Source of the DNA: Acanthaster planci
Lineage: Eukaryota
Direction: 5' to 3'
Assembly (NCBI RefSeq): GCF_001949145.1
Contig: NW_019091360.1
Span: 1,361,599-1,425,598 of the forward strand
DNA: 64,000 bases
Position 1 is the stretch's first letter. Each line of letters begins with the position of its first letter. A program made the position numbers and the translations under genes. Positions 1-14,199 of the stretch are shown in pieces. The notes below the pieces were generated by a model. The model saw only the letters and a list, made by a program, of their open reading frames with translations. It was not told the origin of the DNA and did not search any database.

Positions 1-91
1 GCTTGCTACAGGAGGAACAATGAATTAAGGAAGACAAAAAAGGGAACAGTTGTTATCTTGTCATTTTCTTCAAGTCTCAAGAAAGTTTCAT

Positions 92-975
92 GTCACTGTG
101 GAGGTCAAATATCAGGTCTTTTTGGTCAGTTCCAAGTCATGTTTCATACCACAACAAAGTTATAAGTTGAGCTTTATGTTGATGTGTTTTTATTTCAAGT
201 GTTTTCAGTTGGCCAAGTAATGTCAAACTCCAAGGATTACATTACAGTTAAAAAGGGTCTTGAGTTACCTCAGATGCATTGAATTTTATTGATGAGGTCC
301 CAACTTTCATTTAACGTTAAGTGTTGTCATAAATCTTGAAACATTTGGAAATAAACTTCAATTAAAAAGCTAGCACTACATACATGTATCTCCAGTGAAT
401 GTCAAACAACAAGAAGTGAATGATAATATAAAAAAATGGGATGGGAATTTGCTTCCAGTTTGTTTACTGACTTAAAACTTTGTATTTTTTTATTCTGACT
501 GCAGGTTCTGAAGGATGAGACAAGATGGACCTTTGGGCATCTGACAGATTTCCAAAATGAAACGAATAAAGTTAAATGAAATTGACTTACAAGTATTAAA
601 ACTCTTCAAAATCTTTTAATTACAGTTTATGACAAGTTCTTGCAGTAATCAGTTATCATAATTGAATTTGATTAAAACACGACTAGAGGGAACCGAGTTT
701 ATCGTTTTGGTTAACTATTTGACAAAGGAAAATGTGAATGCAAAGCCTTAAGAATAATTTGGACTGTTGTAGTAGGACCTCATCAATAAAATCCAATACT
801 TAAAGGAGATTCAGTACACTATGAACTGTACAGCGACATGGAAGTTTTTGGAGTTACCTGTTTAAACACTTGAAGTAAAAACACACCAACATAAAGCTTG
901 ACTTGTGACTTTGCTATGATGTATAACTTGGCTTTCAACTGACCCAAACAACCTGAGATTTGACAACCACAAATC
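92..975. mobile_element. Old foldback/MITE with ~200-bp inverted arms
   Basis: 103-304 is a diverged reverse complement of 772-965 (e.g. TTTTATTGATGAGGTCC / GGACCTCATCAATAAAA). No TSD identified. Confidence 0.65.
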
Positions 976-1719
976 ACACATGTACATGTTTGCAGCGCCG
1001 GTGAATAAAACAACCCAAACTCATACAGCGTTTTGTGTTTTTCTACTGCTAAATTTTTGGTGGGTTATGAAAACAAGCAGCAAATATCTGCAGCGCGAAG
1101 ATTTGATAATTGTATATATAAACTGACAGCAAAAACTGGCAAATTTACCCTCTTCTGTTTTCGGTGGTGTGCATGACAATTAACCAACATCCGCATAGGT
1201 CCTTGCATCTACATGTACATGTATGAAGTGACATGAAACATTCTTGAAACAAGAAGAAAATGACTTGATAACAACTCACCCCTTTCTGACCTTCCTGAAT
1301 TCATTGCTCCGCCGGTCACAAGTACAACCAATGTAACATTGATGCAGCCCACCAACCTGTGCTGTGTTCCCTAATGGCCACCAGCACGGGCAGCGAAGTG
1401 GAGCAGGTGCACGCTAACCTCGTCTGATCCCTGGAGTTCTGCTGATGGTAGCATGATGAGGGTAGACTGCTGTTAGGCACTCTTTCGGGAGTTCTGAAAA
1501 GCAATTAAAAAATGAAGGGACTTTTAATTATGTTGTATTTTGAGAACAAAGTGTGCACTCACAATCATATGTATAACTTGTGAACAGTTTGTTTACACTT
1601 TCATTAGGGAGATACTGAAGATGTATCAAGCTATTGAAGATTTATAATTGAAAAGCATGTAAGTTGGCAGTTTCCAGAATAAACTGAGATGGTAAATATA
1701 CAAACCAGGAAGGCAATTT

Positions 1720-2050
1720 GTCAGTGTTCAAGCTTTTCTATCTGCTCAAACACCAGGTACATATTGGGATATATGTACATATCTTTTTCCTTCCTCCATG
1801 ATGCACTACAGAAATGTGCTGGCTTTTTGGATGCTGCTTTATCACTATTGAAGACCTGGGCCTTATTACATAACTTGGCCATGGAGCAAGCATTGTCTGC
1901 AACCAGCCTGACAGTCCTCATTGGCCATGCAGGTCAAATTTGAATTTCAGTAGTGTAAAAGGTCATTGGACATGCCCAATTCTGCCAGCAAACCTCTACT
2001 TTTGCAGTTGACAGCTTTTGTCAACCGTGAATACCATAAGATACGGATAA
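1720..2050 (-). mobile_element. Possible decayed hAT transposase fragment
   Basis: Frameshifted EDCQAG / ADNACSMAKLCNKAQ...PAHFCSAS weakly resembles the hAT CRGQxYDNAxNMxG...C motif. Confidence 0.3.
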
Positions 2051-3649
2051 CCATATCAAAAACAAGTTTCGGCGGGTGGGGTGGTGGGTGAGTGAGTGAG
2101 CACGTGGGAGTGAAAAGGAATAAAATTGAAAATATAAACAAGCACATTTTTTAAAGCAGGCACAATTTACTTTTGGGGAAAAGAAATTAAAAACCAAACA
2201 GTACACAGAACCAACACCTTTCACAGTTTCCAAAATAAAGGCCTTCCATGAAATCACATACCTGTTGCATCCTTGTTGAATGAAATGAACAAGGTTTACT
2301 GACCAATTTTAAGTTTTGCAGATCACAGGGATGAGGTTGGGGGATTCACAAACTACTCTTCAAAAGAGTTGTTTAAATCACAGTTCAAATACTCATTATT
2401 TTTGGTTCTCTTGACGATGATGTGAAATCATGTTTGGTTTATGGATTTTTAACAATGTGCACAAAAGGAGAAAAGCTCTCACGACAGTACAATGCTGCCA
2501 TAAACGATCACAATGGGGTCCACACTAAATGTTTTGGTACCTGAGTGATTTTTTTCACCTACATGTATTGCCCACTATGGCCCATGCCTTCCTTGACTGT
2601 GTGCATGAGGATTGGGCCAGCATGAAAAAAAAAATTTAAAAAGGAACAAGTGGTGATCAGGCAATATGGATATTGATGATGCCACAGATTTGGTTTGTGC
2701 ATAAACGCATCAACATCGGAATGTGTGCCAAATGATATGAGCCCCACTTTGGCCATTTATTGATTTGTGGTATTTGTAATACAAATGAGATGGAGAATAT
2801 CTAGGAAATGATTCGGAGGTTCTTTTTAGTGTCTTCAATGGCAACGGTGAGTACCCCTTGACTGAAAGATTGAGACGGAAGGTGCAGTTGCTTGGACAGG
2901 TTTTTGTCAACGAATCTACTGATGGTTTTTAATAACTTCAAGGTGATTCAAACCTGAAGTACATGTAAAAAGAATCGTGCGCTTTCCAGAGGCCATATCC
3001 GGGTGTCAGATTTTAAGGTCAATTGGAGGGTGCCCTCATGAGATTTTGAAAGCACATGCCTGCATGGTCATAGACTTGCCGCAGGTCTGAGTAATCCATG
3101 TGCGGCCGCGCAGAAGAAAAACCGCGATGGGATGTTAGCAAGCAGTCACGGTATTGTTAAAATAATTTTAGTTCAGTATGAATACGGTTCAAAATAGTTA
3201 AGGCAGTAAAGAATCACAGGATAACAAAATGACGACATTACTGAACACACTACTGAAATGAACCACAGTGTTAGCTTGCTGAAAAAAGGATACCAGTTTA
3301 AGAATTGATTATTAAAGTACCGGTGCACGCATTGGTCAGAAAGATTTCCATTTAGTTCCTCTGAAGGAAATTACTATTAAAATCGATGACTTAGATAGAA
3401 ACTATCAAGCTATACAGGTAAGGCATTCGATTATGGACAAGTCAGTCCGTACAAACTTTTATGCTGTACTACGCAGAACACACAGCGTGACTCAGCGGAT
3501 TATAATGTTGCGGGCATTGGGTGTGCGAGTGACCGACCAGTATTAACAATATTTTTTTTTCATCCTCAGCGGGGTTGACTGTTTCAACTACTGTACATGT
3601 ATAAGACTTTCCCAATGCCTAGGTCAACGCCAATATTTATTTTATCATT

Positions 3650-6100
3650 TTAAGGGCAAGTAAAGATTACATGTAAATCTCTCGGGATAGATTTTTTTAG
3701 CAAGTTTTGAAAAATTAAAGGTCTTTTCATTGTAACTTTGGTCCGATGATTATCTCAAACCTTACACAACATTGCGTGCATGAAGGTCATATTACCAGCA
3801 TCTACATGTACTTATTTCCCAGGGATAACAGAAATTTGGCCACATCTGAAAATGCATTTTTACATTTTTTATCTGCCATTAGAGGGTGCTGGATTATTTC
3901 ACGACATTACCAGGACTATTTTGGAATACTCTCTGACCACAGGAGACTATAATACCATTGAAAGTAATTTGGTAATTTCACCTACGGAGTATTTCAAAAG
4001 GCACTTATGGTTTAGACCAGCGAGGGTGAAGTGAATCTACATTCATGACAAAAATGAACCCCTAAATTTATTGTATTACTTGCTGTAAACAACATAAGGT
4101 ATTTTACAGTCGATTTTTAAATGGATTTGTTGAAGAGAAATATAAAAATTCAACTGCTCATAATTTGACACCTGATGACATCAGTACAAGTTCATATCTC
4201 AACTGGTTCCAAAAAACGCTGTTCAGACTTTATATTTATAGCTCACCAAAAAAAAAAGCAGATGAAAGACAAAACTAGATGGTACAACGTGTTTCATGAT
4301 TGGGTGATATAGTTTGATGACATCACAGAAATTTGTGGCATATCAGACACATGTAGATCTACCGGTATTAGGCCTCATCATCTGTGCAAGATAAATGTAT
4401 GTACATGTACATCTCTGAGGTACATGCATATTAAATGACGAAATCAAAGACGACGAGATTCTACTGTGTGTCTGTTTTTTATATTAGGGCTTTTCTGCAT
4501 TGAATGACACAGTTCAGGAGAAAATGTTCAGACTATGGACTCTAAAACAGAATGTTTAAACTAACAAAGGATCACAGGATTATGAAATCATGATGTCACT
4601 GATCATGGAAGTCACTGCCAAAAGAAACACTGTATTATCCTTAATTAATTTGAGATTTTGGCCCTTCCCGACGTGTATTATAACACTGTATATTCAGTGT
4701 TTGCCCCGAAGGCTTGTGAAAAAAAACCGCACAAGCATACCCGGGTGGGACTTGAACCCACGACTTCCTGCTTACTAGTGCAGACATCCGAGCCTGCCGG
4801 TGTCAGCTGGCTGGTTCCAGTCAGATATACATGTACACTGTACATGTACAAGTAGTAGCGGGTACCATCAACAACAACATGTACCACAAGCCTTCAGGGG
4901 CAAACTGAGTATACAGTGTTATAATACACGTCGGGCAGGGCAAAAAATCCAAAATTAATGAACATCTCCCCGACGCAAATCCATCCTTGGAAATAGTTGT
5001 ATTATCCATTTTCGTAAAGGATACCAGTTTGAGCATTTAAGAACTACATGTACATGAACGACGTCCTACTGATGGACCACAAGTACCGGTAAACCCAATT
5101 AGCAATTTTATCGAATGGGATTATCAACAGATAAATTAGAGTTGGATGTCAGCAAAATATTCCGTTTTTATTTTGTGAATGCCTAGGCCTGGTGTCTGCT
5201 CGCTGTCGTTGCTGAACAGAGGGGACTGCACGTACTGGCATACCGTACCCTGATATGTGACTAGCATATGGAAATTTTGGCGGTGGTCTAAAGTTTGTAC
5301 ATGTATGTTATGTTATGTACATGTATGGTACACGTACATGTATATGTACCGTACATGCTTCCGCCATGCACAGAAAAGAGAGAGCCACATAAGACAAAGA
5401 CTAGTTACGTGTATAGCATATCCAGAAGCAAGAAACCAATGTTGGCAATTTTTCTTTTGAATATTGGTGGGTCAACCACATTAACAATAAGAAAACCCAA
5501 TGCCTTGTTTAATGCCGATATTTATTCTATCCTCTAAAGGGTAATTTGAGATTAGATTTACATCTCTAAGGATGGATATTTTCACTGATTTAAAAAAAAA
5601 TGAAAGGTCTTTTCATTGTAAATGTAACTTCTGGTTTGACGGAGCCAAAGACACATACATGTATGTGTCGTCTGCATGAAGGTCATTGTATCAACCAACT
5701 ACCAAGTGATTACAGCAAACTTCGCCACAAACGTCAACTGAAAATGTATTTTTTCAATTTTTCGACCTCGAGGATGCTCGAATATTTCATGACCTCACTG
5801 ATAAATTACTCGTAGTAAACAATACTATCTTGCAGGACACTAACATCGTCAAAAGCAAGTTCACATCTATTACTAATTGTAAATTACAAGGCACTTCGGG
5901 TTTCCGGAAGCAAGGGTCCAGTGATTTTACATGTATGTACACGACAAAAAATAAAAACCTAAGTTTGAATTTGTCCAATCATTTGCTGCAAAATGCGAGA
6001 TGAGGTATCTCATGATGGATTTTTATAGGCCTCCATAGATTTTCAAGATAAAGTGTCAAAAGTTAATTGCTTGTAATATGACACCTGATGACATCAGGAG
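3650..6100 (+). repeat. Two diverged direct copies (~3650-4185 and ~5535-6100) of an old interspersed repeat
   Basis: Collinear shared blocks AAAGGTCTTTTCATTGTAA, TGCATGAAGGTCAT and TGACACCTGATGACATCAG. Confidence 0.6.
4641..4962. mobile_element. TIR element (~78-bp TIRs) enclosing a tRNA-derived sequence
   Basis: CCCGACGTGTATTATAACACTGTATA...AAGGCTTGTG (4641-4718) is inverted at 4885-4962. The internal minus strand reads GCAGGAAGTCGTGGGTTCAAGTCCCACCCGGG (T-arm/B-box). Confidence 0.75.
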
Positions 6101-6769
6101 GACATCAGAGTAATGTACATGTACGTACATGTACACCACTTGTGATCAGGGTCAGTATTTGTTCAGGGTTTAAGCTCGTACCTTAAATAGTGCCAAAGAA
6201 AAACCGCAGGGAATGTCAGAGTGGAAAAAGACAGAAAGGTGGAAAGAAAGAAAGATTTCGCTGAACAATCAGTTAATTCAAAGAGTTCTAAATACATGTA
6301 CTGGCAGGTGATTGAGCTGGGTCCGATCATCTGCTCAGTGTACATGTAATGCCCAAATTATTTCATTTTGCTCAAGGTGCATTCTTTTCCTTCCAGGTAA
6401 GTTTTGGGCAGTTTTCACTGAAGTTCAATCACTTAAGTCATCACTGAAAAATTTTGCACAAGACGCGGGGCGATTACACTGGTTCCCACTGCTACTGTAC
6501 ATCGGGAACTTTAATGTAAATTGTACATAGCGACTGTGCTGCGTACTGGCTGTTGTTCCTTTGCAAGTAAGGTTTTTCTTGACCTCTTGATCCATTATCA
6601 TCAGCCTTAAATCTTTTAGTACTTAAATCTTTCCTCTGAAGCAAATTTTCAACATTCCATAAAAGTGTGCACAAAGGGAAATTTTTGGTATACCCAATAC
6701 TTGGGTACGGCAGTATTCCACATAATGGCATTGTACTGTACCGGGACGTTTAACGTTAGGAACCAGTAA

Positions 6770-6850
6770 AGTCTGCACTTCAAAGAGCCAGTTTGTGACC
6801 CGGGTTCGAATCCCACCTAGGCCGACTTAAGGAGTGCAGTGAGGAGTCAG
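6770..6850 (+). mobile_element. tRNA-derived SINE head fragment
   Basis: CCCGGGTTCGAATCCC B-box without a complete cloverleaf. Confidence 0.5.
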
Positions 6851-7503
6851 AAACATGCACAGAAGTGAACAAAACCTCTCGAAATTGGCCAGAAAATCTT
6901 GTACTGTTAATAGGAAGAATGATCTTACCATTTTGGGAAGTCCAAGAACTCTTGTCCAAACTGGAGAGGGTAGCCATTCTGTAGACATCTGTGAAGGCGG
7001 TGTCTCTCATCAACCTGAAGGAGAATCAAAGAAACAATCATGCAATTACTCATTGCTGAATTGTGGACCAGAAATGAGCTTCCAAGTCTCAAACACTTTA
7101 GAATTTACAGACTTTCGGAAATGCTACCCAAATAACAATCTACATGTACATGTACCGGTATGTGTGCCCAAGAAGCAAAGAGTTATTAAATTTCTCTCAG
7201 TAGTGATCAATGTGTTTTTTCCCCTCCAATTAACACACAACAAGGTAGTGGATATCAGATGATGCAACAGTCTGTGATTATGACAAACATTGTGTCAGTT
7301 ACAAACTTAACCATCATTACGAATCGCCGGAAAAAAATCAAAATATCAAACAATCGCTGAACACATCAAAAGTACGGAAATTCTTCAGTGATGATTCCTG
7401 GAAACAAACTGTTTCTTTCCATGGGTGTCTTTTCCGTTTTAATCCACGTACAGTGCCTGTGAAAAGAGCAATCTTGCTGTTAGGCCTTCACTGCATTAAT
7501 CAA

Positions 7504-7659
7504 CCCTCCTATGCAAAGTTACATTCTCGACAAAGTTGTCCGACCAGTCAAAATCAGACAAATGACCCTACATGTACATGTACATCCGTGTACCGGTACT
7601 GTGGAAAATCAAGTGAAAGGAATTTTTGACTGTCTGTGACTGTAACAGCAACAGGAGGG
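7504..7659. mobile_element. piggyBac-like MITE, older copy
   Basis: CCCTCCT...AGGAGGG termini; interior homologous to 19132-19269 (CAGTCAAAATCAG, TTTTTGACTGT); TTAA flanks decayed. Confidence 0.7.
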
Positions 7660-9259
7660 TGGAGGGGGCAATTTCTTTCTTTAAGAATATCGGAAGCAAA
7701 ACAAGGGTTGCCTTGCACACTGATTTTTAAAACAACGATTTTAAGTTATCATAATGTTGAATGTCATGAAATGAACAAAAGTCTAGAGGTGGCCTAACTT
7801 TAAGTAAAGCAAGGTTCCCAATTTTTATTACAATCTGCAAAACTCAATATCTGAAATTAAAAAAAAAAATTGGACTGGCCTTTTTTAGCAAAAGAATTCT
7901 CCATGTGACAAGACGACACATCTGAAGAAAACACTTTTTGGAACTTGGTTACACCTAACAAAGATCACTGTTCAGCTCAAGCACATATCTACTGACAGTC
8001 CCAAATCCTCTGATTTCGATGGGATTTTACATACATGTACATGTACACCCAAGGAGGTTAGGATTCATAACTTGTCAGTGTTTTGTAAACTGTTGCTTTC
8101 AATGGGCTGCATTTCCGAGTAGTGGCCTTGCAGCTATGGTATCATCAAAGAATTATCAGCCCTATGGAGAAATGGGTACACGTGTGCAAAACAGCCTGGC
8201 CTTAACCAAAAAAGAATGGGGAGGAAAGGGAGGGAATCCACTAGCCCCTTTCCCGATATTGCCATAGTACTTTTCTTTTAAGAGCTGAGGCTTTAGGAAA
8301 TACATGTACAGTGTGTTAGAGTAACTCTGTGCGGTCATTTTGACACCTATGTTGTGAAAATCAAACATATTCTTGCCCAGCGGCCATTTTTCTGGGACAG
8401 TTCAGCCGAAGATGTGGGTGTACATGTACATGTATACTTTTTCCACTGTGGTGCTCCATGCACATGTGTAGCCTTGAACATCCAATGACACTAACAACAA
8501 AACCACAGGTCTGATTGAGTTCATGTACATGTACGGAGCAACCTGAGGGACATTTCTCAAAGTTCTTCTTTTTCTTGCAAAAAAGGCAAGTAAATTCTCA
8601 AGAAATTGTTAAGAAAGTCCTTGACGCTGCCATCATGACGTCACGCCCATTTTTACACACACATTGCAGTCTGTACAGTCTGCACACGTGCAAAGTTCCT
8701 GCCTGATCAGACTTGGACTCTATCGAGGATGACGTCAAGGAGCAAGGTTTTGAGATGATGGTCAGCACACCTTCCAAGACTGGAGATAATCAGACTGAGT
8801 GAAATCTGAGCGCAGGATCCCCTGCCAAACATTTGCAGGAAAGTAGGAAAAAGAAACACGGGGGGGGGGGGAACCACAAGGAAAACAATAGCAGTTGTGA
8901 TCCAAATGAGGGGCAGCAAACAAATGGATGCAGGTTTCACATTTAGGGAAGTGTTTCTGAAAACAATTTCCCTGCTACAGGTTTGCTGCAAACACCACAA
9001 AGTTTTAAGCCACAGGACGATATGGTTCCAATATCAACCCTTTCATCGTAAAGCACTGGTTAAATTAATGAGAGAAGCCAGGAAGCCAGTTTTCACACTC
9101 ATCTTCAACGAACATCACAAACACAGTTTTGTAGAACACTTTCATGTACAGAACTGCCAACCTTTACGATTTATTTGGTGATCAAAACACAAAATGCATG
9201 TAAAAACCAGAATAAATTAATGTTTTCTGATTGGCTTCATTTGCTCCAACACTTGTAAT

Positions 9260-9680
9260 CTGGAGGTGATGCTGCTGAATGGTGTTATTTATGTCGTTTG
9301 CATCAGGTGTACCGGCACATGTCTCTGCCAAATACAGTAGGGAACTCAACACAAGCACACGGTACACTTTTCATTTTATGCTTGGTCTAGTCCCTCTCTC
9401 TTCCAGAGCCAATCGTTCCGTCGACCAAAGGTGGCAGAGCAGAGCATCCGTTTGTTAGGTTCTGCATCCTGTGATGCATGTCCATGCTGATCACACTGCC
9501 GGGGTATGGGAACTGCTCAACAACCTCCAAGGTGGTCCCTCCCAGCGTGACCTCTGGCGCTACTGTACATACATGTAAGGGGGCTGCCTGGGGAAGGATA
9601 ATGAACCACTACAGTTTTCCTGGTATTGACTGTCAGACCAAAGGCCGGGGGCAGCTTGTGCAAAACAGTCCAAGATAGTT
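9260..9680 (-). mobile_element. Decayed RTE-clade LINE, RT C-terminal region
   Basis: FGLTVNTRKTVVVHYPSPG, GTTLEVVEQFPYPGSVIS, SATFGR and YRVLVLSSLLYLAET occur in RTE/BovB order, with frameshifts. Confidence 0.7.
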
Positions 9681-10019
9681 TGCAGGGCATTTTCAGAATG
9701 TGCAACGAATGCTGAGTCGTCGGCACAGAGGAGATCTCCAATACAGATGAGCCAGGTTTTTGGTGGGAGATTTCAGGCGTGCCAGATTGAATACCATTAG
9801 AGTGTGTTAGCAAGTAGACCCCCTCCCCTTATTCAGATGCTGGGTTTATGAGCTGGAGGACGGCTGTTAGGAACAGGGAGGTACTGAGATGCATCCCTGC
9901 TTGACAACATATTTAACCCTCGGGGAGTTAGGGTTAAGCTGCAACTAGTGGAGGACATTCTGGATGCCAGAAATTCTCCTGAAGTTCTTGATCAACGCAT
10001 CCAGTATGTTCTGTGTGTA

Positions 10020-10697
10020 CATGTAGCNNNNNNNNNNNNNNNNNNNNNNNNNNNNNNNNNNNNNNNNNNNNNNNNNNNNNNNNNNNNNNNNNNNNNNNNN
10101 NNNNNNNNNNNNNNNNNNNNNNNNNNNNNNNNNNNNNNNNNNNNNNNNNNNNNNNNNNNNNNNNNNNNNNNNNNNNNNNNNNNNNNNNNNNNNNNNNNNN
10201 NNNNNNNNNNNNNNNNNNNNNNNNNNNNNNNNNNNNNNNNNNNNNNNNNNNNNNNNNNNNNNNNNNNNNNNNNNNNNNNNNNNNNNNNNNNNNNNNNNNN
10301 NNNNNNNNNNNNNNNNNNNNNNNNNNNNNNNNNNNNNNNNNNNNNNNNNNNNNNNNNNNNNNNNNNNNNNNNNNNNNNNNNNNNNNNNNNNNNNNNNNNN
10401 NNNNNNNNNNNNNNNNNNNNNNNNNNNNNNNNNNNNNNNNNNNNNNNNNNNNNNNNNNNNNNNNNNNNNNNNNNNNNNNNNNNNNNNNNNNNNNNNNNNN
10501 NNNNNNNNNNNNNNNNNNNNNNNNNNNNNNNNNNNNNNNNNNNNNNNNNNNNNNNNNNNNNNNNNNNNNNNNNNNNNNNNNNNNNNNNNNNNNNNNNNNN
10601 NNNNNNNNNNNNNNNNNNNNNACATGTAGCATGGTGTTCTGGCGCATCTACATGTACATGTAGCATGGTGTTCTGGCGCATCTACATGTACATGTAG
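10020..10697. repeat. 34-bp minisatellite flanking an N-gap
   Basis: CATGTAGCATGGTGTTCTGGCGCATCTACATGTA twice after the gap; the unit start CATGTAGC lies just before it. Confidence 0.75.
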
Positions 10698-10940
10698 TCT
10701 TCAATGGCGAGACAGGTTACAACATCTGGACTTGATGCTCCCAGGGTAGAGCTCTGTGAGGAATCACTGCAGGACGGGTTGTCGATAGAAGGAGGACCTG
10801 CAATGTCACCTTCACTGTTTCCCCTGAAGTTGGTTTGGTGCACCACCAAATGGCATTCAAAACTGACGCCATGAAAATTCCAGGAGTATCTAGCGGACAC
10901 AGTTCCAGAGTCTGCCACATTATTCCAGGACGACAAGCCC

Positions 10941-11000
10941 TAGGCCTGTGCCGGGTACCCGCCCGTCGATTTCAAAACCCGGGCCAGGTACCCATAAAAA
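10941..11000. mobile_element. End of an hAT-like non-autonomous element
   Basis: TAGGCCTGTGCCGGGTACCCG with subterminal ACCCG repeats; related ends at ~13190-13310 and 61708-62089. Confidence 0.5.
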
Positions 11001-14000
11001 AGTAAATAAATTAGGCACACACACTCATGCATAAAATGTCTGTGAAATTTCTTACTGAAGGACAGACTTCATGGAAAACCACCGTGCCGATGAAAACCCG
11101 GTCCCGCGGTCATACATGAAACTTGAATTCGGAAATCGACAGCTAATTTTGTTACCCACTCCGCCAATTGTACCGCAAGTCGTTTTCCTAGTTCCGGAAT
11201 TTCCTAGTTCACAAGAGCGAAAAAACACTAAGATTCATGGGCGATAGGTCACTCGCTACGTGTGATTTTAAATTTTTCTTTAAATTGAATAGTCATATAA
11301 ACCTTTGCATCTAATGTCTGCTTAATCAAAATGACTTTTTTAGAGTTTCCGTTTTTGTTAATTTACTGAAAACTGCAAGCTTTTCCCCCACTTTCGGATC
11401 ACGCGGAGTTACCACGCAACGTCATTGCGAACTCAACTACACGGGCTCAGCAGAAATGTATGTGACGTAATGGGTTTGTCAACTGTGCGGCGCGGGGAAG
11501 GTAACGTTATAGCTCACTGTACAGTTGAAAAGTCAAGTCAAACCTTACACAATTTCTACCTTNNNNNNNNNNNNNNNNNNNNNNNNNNNNNNNNNNNNNN
11601 NNNNNNNNNNNNNNNNNNNNNNNNNNNNNNNNNNNNNNNNNNNNNNNNNNNNNNNNNNNNNNNNNNNNNNNNNNNNNNNNNNNNNNNNNNNNNNNNNNNN
11701 NNNNNNNNNNNNNNNNNNNNNNNNNNNNNNNNNNNNNNNNNNNNNNNNNNNNNNNNNNNNNNNNNNNNNNNNNNNNNNNNNNNNNNNNNNNNNNNNNNNN
11801 NNNNNNNNNNNNNNNNNNNNNNNNNNNNNNNNNNNNNNNNNNNNNNNNNNNNNNNNNNNNNNNNNNNNNNNNNNNNNNNNNNNNNNNNNNNNNNNNNNNN
11901 NNNNNNNNNNNNNNNNNNNNNNNNNNNNNNNNNNNNNNNNNNNNNNNNNNNNNNNNNNNNNNNNNNNNNNNNNNNNNNNNNNNNNNNNNNNNNNNNNNNN
12001 NNNNNNNNNNNNNNNNNNNNNNNNNNNNNNNNNNNNNNNNNNNNNNNNNNNNNNNNNNNNNNNNNNNNNNNNNNNNNNNNNNNNNNNNNNNNNNNNNNNN
12101 NNNNNNNNNNNNNNNNNNNNNNNNNNNNNNNNNNNNNNNNNNNNNNNNNNNNNNNNNNNNNNNNNNNNNNNNNNNNNNNNNNNNNNNNNNNNNNNNNNNN
12201 NNNNNNNNNNNNNNNNNNNNNNNNNNNNNNNNNNNNNNNNNNNNNNNNNNNNNNNNNNNNNNNNNNNNNNNNNNNNNNNNNNNNNNNNNNNNNNNNNNNN
12301 NNNNNNNNNNNNNNNNNNNNNNNNNNNNNNNNNNNNNNNNNNNNNNNNNNNNNNNNNNNNNNNNNNNNNNNNNNNNNNNNNNNNNNNNNNNNNNNNNNNN
12401 NNNNNNNNNNNNNNNNNNNNNNNNNNNNNNNNNNNNNNNNNNNNNNNNNNNNNNNNNNNNNNNNNNNTGTCACTTGTCGAAGTACTTATACATGTACATT
12501 AAAATCTTGACAACTGAACCTCAGGGGAATGAAGTTATCCTGAAAAAGTATTTATTAAACTAAACCACTTCATCGTGGTACGTACCTTCATGAGGCAAAA
12601 CTTTCGTATTGCTTACTCATTTAACAACATGAAACGCTGCAATTTTTTTCACTTGGGCTTCCCTATGTGTGGTCACATGACCTTTCTTTTTACGGTCACA
12701 TGGCCGCTGCAGTGTCAGCGATTGGACTGCCTGAAGGGGACTACAATTGGGCCCGTGTTGCAATCAGGTTAGCTTCAGCATCTTGAAAGCCAGGACTACA
12801 CAGTTGCAGCTACATGTACGTTGATGCAACGTGCTGGTCCTCGTCAGAAAAGAAATGAACTTGCGATGACTCCTAACCCTATATAGACTTCGGATACTTT
12901 CAACGCCATTTAAAGCATTTTGGTGGTGGTTTTTTTGAATCAGAAACATGTACAGTGTAATGGTGTGGGCATTGTTCGAGTTACGGTGGTATTTTTGTAC
13001 ATAAAACTTTGAGCCTTTTAACCTGTGACGTACAGATTTGTTTTTCTGTTTCATACACCCACAAAAAATTGGCAAACTGAAGGTAACAATTTCGTTTGAT
13101 AAAAAGGTAGGAAAGATTAACTCCGACGTTTAGAACAATGTACTGCTTGCTTCCTATGTACCAAAATGAACCGTGTTTCGGGCACATGATCCACCGGGTC
13201 GCGCGCAATGTCATTTGTTATTAGGCGATCTCTTTTCCGGGTACCCGGGTACCCGATGTTAACAAAAAACGGGTGCCCAGTTCTACAAATACCCGCAAAT
13301 GCACACCTATACCTCATACACATGTACAATGTACAACAATGCAAGGCCTACCATACTGTGCATGTACATGCCCAACTCCCTGAAGGTACAAATCCAATGA
13401 CGCGGCAGAAGCTCTTTCCTCTCCACTCCCCATTCCTGAATGGCTCGGAGGAGATGGCACCTCCTGCATTCAAGGCTGCAGTTAAACGTACAGGTACCCT
13501 GGGGTTACTGGAGTGGTTAACGTGTTGGAGACAGACAGGCTGCCTGCGGCAAGCACGAATGAACTTGCAGCAATGGAGGTGCGATCTACATGTACATGTA
13601 CTTCAGCAAGCAGCCATTCAGAACACTGATGCTGTCACTCTTTGAAGAACATGCAGTGGTAAAACCATACCAAACATACAGTACATGCCAACAGACTGAC
13701 GGTTGAGGAAGACGGCAACAACATACATGTACATCGACGTGTACATGTATAAAATGAGAACCCAGGATAAAAAGCATACATATGTAAAGAACCCCCTAGC
13801 AGCATGGGCAACAGCATGTTTCATAAACTCAATCACAGAAACAAAACAGGAAGTTGTCAATTTATGATATGAAGATTCCCACTCCCTCCCCCCAAAAAAA
13901 TGAAAATGAAGAAAACAACAAAAGCAGCGAATTTCAACGTTATTTCTAGCGAAAGGCTTTTTTCCAGGGGGCAACATTCTCTATAAGGATTTTCAGGAGG

Positions 14001-14199
14001 AAAAACCCTCACTTGAATTTTTATCACTTTTGGGGAGGGGGTGTTTTGCCTTACATGTACTTACAGTCCATCATAATTCATCTAACAAAACAAACAAAAC
14101 AAGTTATTAGTTTCTTTAATAAGCTATTAATTTCAATGCCCTTGCACATGTACATAAGTTTCAATACACATGCACATGTATAAGTAATCTGGAATATTC

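Noticed and set aside
4172..4185. CTGATGA motifs at ~4173, ~6085 and ~29457 as hammerheads
   Set aside because: No stem II followed by GAAA and a cleavage triplet.
4735..4825. Functional tRNA gene (also 6790, 16690, 46330)
   Set aside because: Only T-arm/B-box parts are intact; no proper acceptor stem or D-arm, and all sit in repeat contexts.
9934..12510. Long ORFs of 200-360 aa in the track (also at 32146 and 38823-39771; shorter ones at 29899 and 53996)
   Set aside because: They are runs of X produced by N-gaps, not coding sequence.
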